NCBI RefSeq assembly: GCF_009914755.1
Contig: NC_060940.1
Source of the DNA: the human T2T-CHM13v2.0 reference genome, Homo sapiens
Strand: one strand, 5' to 3'
DNA: 64,000 bases
The position numbers and the translations under genes are program-made. The notes beneath the pieces are model-generated. The model ran no database searches. It was not told the DNA's origin and saw only the letters and a program-made list of their open reading frames with translations. The stretch's first letter is position 1, and the number at the start of each line of letters is the position of its first letter. Positions 62,563 to 64,000 of this stretch are shown here, piece by piece.

Positions 62563-64000
62563 GGTGTCTGCCCACTGTAGGGAGAAGGAGGGCCAGCCTG
62601 ACCCTTGGACCTGCTGGGCGTGGGGGATAGGGGTGGCCACACACCTGCTGTCAGGCAGGGCGGGAGGACGGAGGAGGAGGCCGGAGCTCCACAGACGGCC
62701 CCACCTGTTCCTTCTGCACCTCAGAGAAGGGTCGTCACCTCCATTTATCCCTGTGTGGACGCCACAGCCCTGGCACCAAGTGGCCGGCTCCGTCAAGGGA
62801 AAGCGGGGAAGGACAGAAGGCAAAAGTACTTCTCACCTTGTCTCTGCTCCGGGGCCAGGGCTGAGGGAGGGGTGAGTGTTCCTCTGAGTGCCGCCCCCTC
62901 CAAAAATTACTCCCTGGTTCCCTCGGGGCACGCCACCCCCTCTCCTTCATCCTCTGGGAGCCCAGTCCTGGGGGTTCTTCAGGAGGGTCCCAACTCAAGG
63001 CCCAGCAGCCCTTTGGAGACAGCTCAGGCCCTCGTGACAACCACTCTTTGAGAAGTCCCTGTCCCCACGTCCGGCAGCAGGTCCTGTGCTCGTGCGGCAG
63101 ATCAGATGGGCACCACTTCACGGCCCAGCCTGGGTTGGCCCTTCCTAACCGTCCTGGCTGCCCCAGCCTGATGACTCAGCTGATTAGGGGCCCTGGGCAG
63201 CGCCCGGGACTTTCCTGCCGCCCTCCCCAGATCCAAATCACAGGCCAGGCTGGAGGGTCCAGCTGAGACCTTCTAGGTCAGGGATTCCCTCTTTGATGTG
63301 GGGAAACTCAGCCACGGGTTGGGGGGAGTTGCCTGACCACCCACCAGGATGTGGCCTCCCAGGCACAGACGTGGCCGCCTGCACGCCAGCACGTGGGGTA
63401 GCCAAGGCTCAGAACTGGAGGTTCAGTGTTTTTCCTGGTGACCAATAAGGACAACACCAGCATGCGGGGCCAGCAGTGCACCCACGGCCGGGCACCCTCC
63501 TCCCTCACGGCAGCCGCACACCTGGAGGGGGCGCCTCAGGGGAGGCAGGACAGTCCCACCCCACACAAGGGAGCGGGGTCTGAGCCACGAGTCCCCGGCC
63601 CAGGGTGCCCCTAACAGGGCGATGTCACCCAGTGGGGAGGGAGCCTGAGGGGCAGGGTCTTCATGGAACCAGGTCCTCTAGTCCTGACCTCTAGGGCTGT
63701 CCCCAGGTCCCCACAGGTGGGGACTTCAGGGCCCTCACCTGTCCCAACTCAATTCACCTGCAGCACTGGGGACCCCGTCTTTCTGCCTGTGCCCCAGCAC
63801 GCCACTCCCCGCAGAGTGCTCCACACGACCCAGATTGCAGGCCTGCTGGGGAGGAAGAAGCTTCAGGCACCATCCCCTGAGCCCCAGCAGTCCTGTGACA
63901 TGGTGCCGTTCACCCCCACCATTGGACAGGAGAGCCAACTGAGGAACCGGGAGGGGGGCCTGGCCCTGGTGATTGCCCCCAGCTTGGTGGGGTCTCCTGT

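Overview
Human-like, very GC-rich, intron-containing genomic DNA. I recognise it as the chromosome 16p13.3 CACNA1H-TPSG1 locus. Plus strand: the 3' ~32 kb of a very long intron (1-32117), then 33 coding exons (conventionally exons 3-35) of the T-type Ca2+ channel Cav3.2 (32118-58304; EEDD selectivity filter; AATAAA at 59054). The exons I delimited sum to 6763 nt with consistent phases. Minus strand: the complete 6-exon tryptase gamma-1 CDS (62562-59098; 966 nt, 321 aa), tail-to-tail with CACNA1H. Both genes are well known and I found no new gene or prokaryote-type system; almost all of the ORF track is GC-rich noise. The interesting signal is non-coding. The long intron ends in a U12-type (minor spliceosome) branch point and an AC acceptor. 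It contains a ~3.1-kb two-domain VNTR whose second half repeats a major-class 5' splice-site motif, two non-Alu inverted duplications able to form dsRNA, a near-perfect REST/RE1 site, paired RFX X-boxes and homeodomain palindrome islands. TPSG1 may have a small 5' non-coding exon. Repeat-family names, exon numbers and residue numbers come from memory and were not checked by database search.
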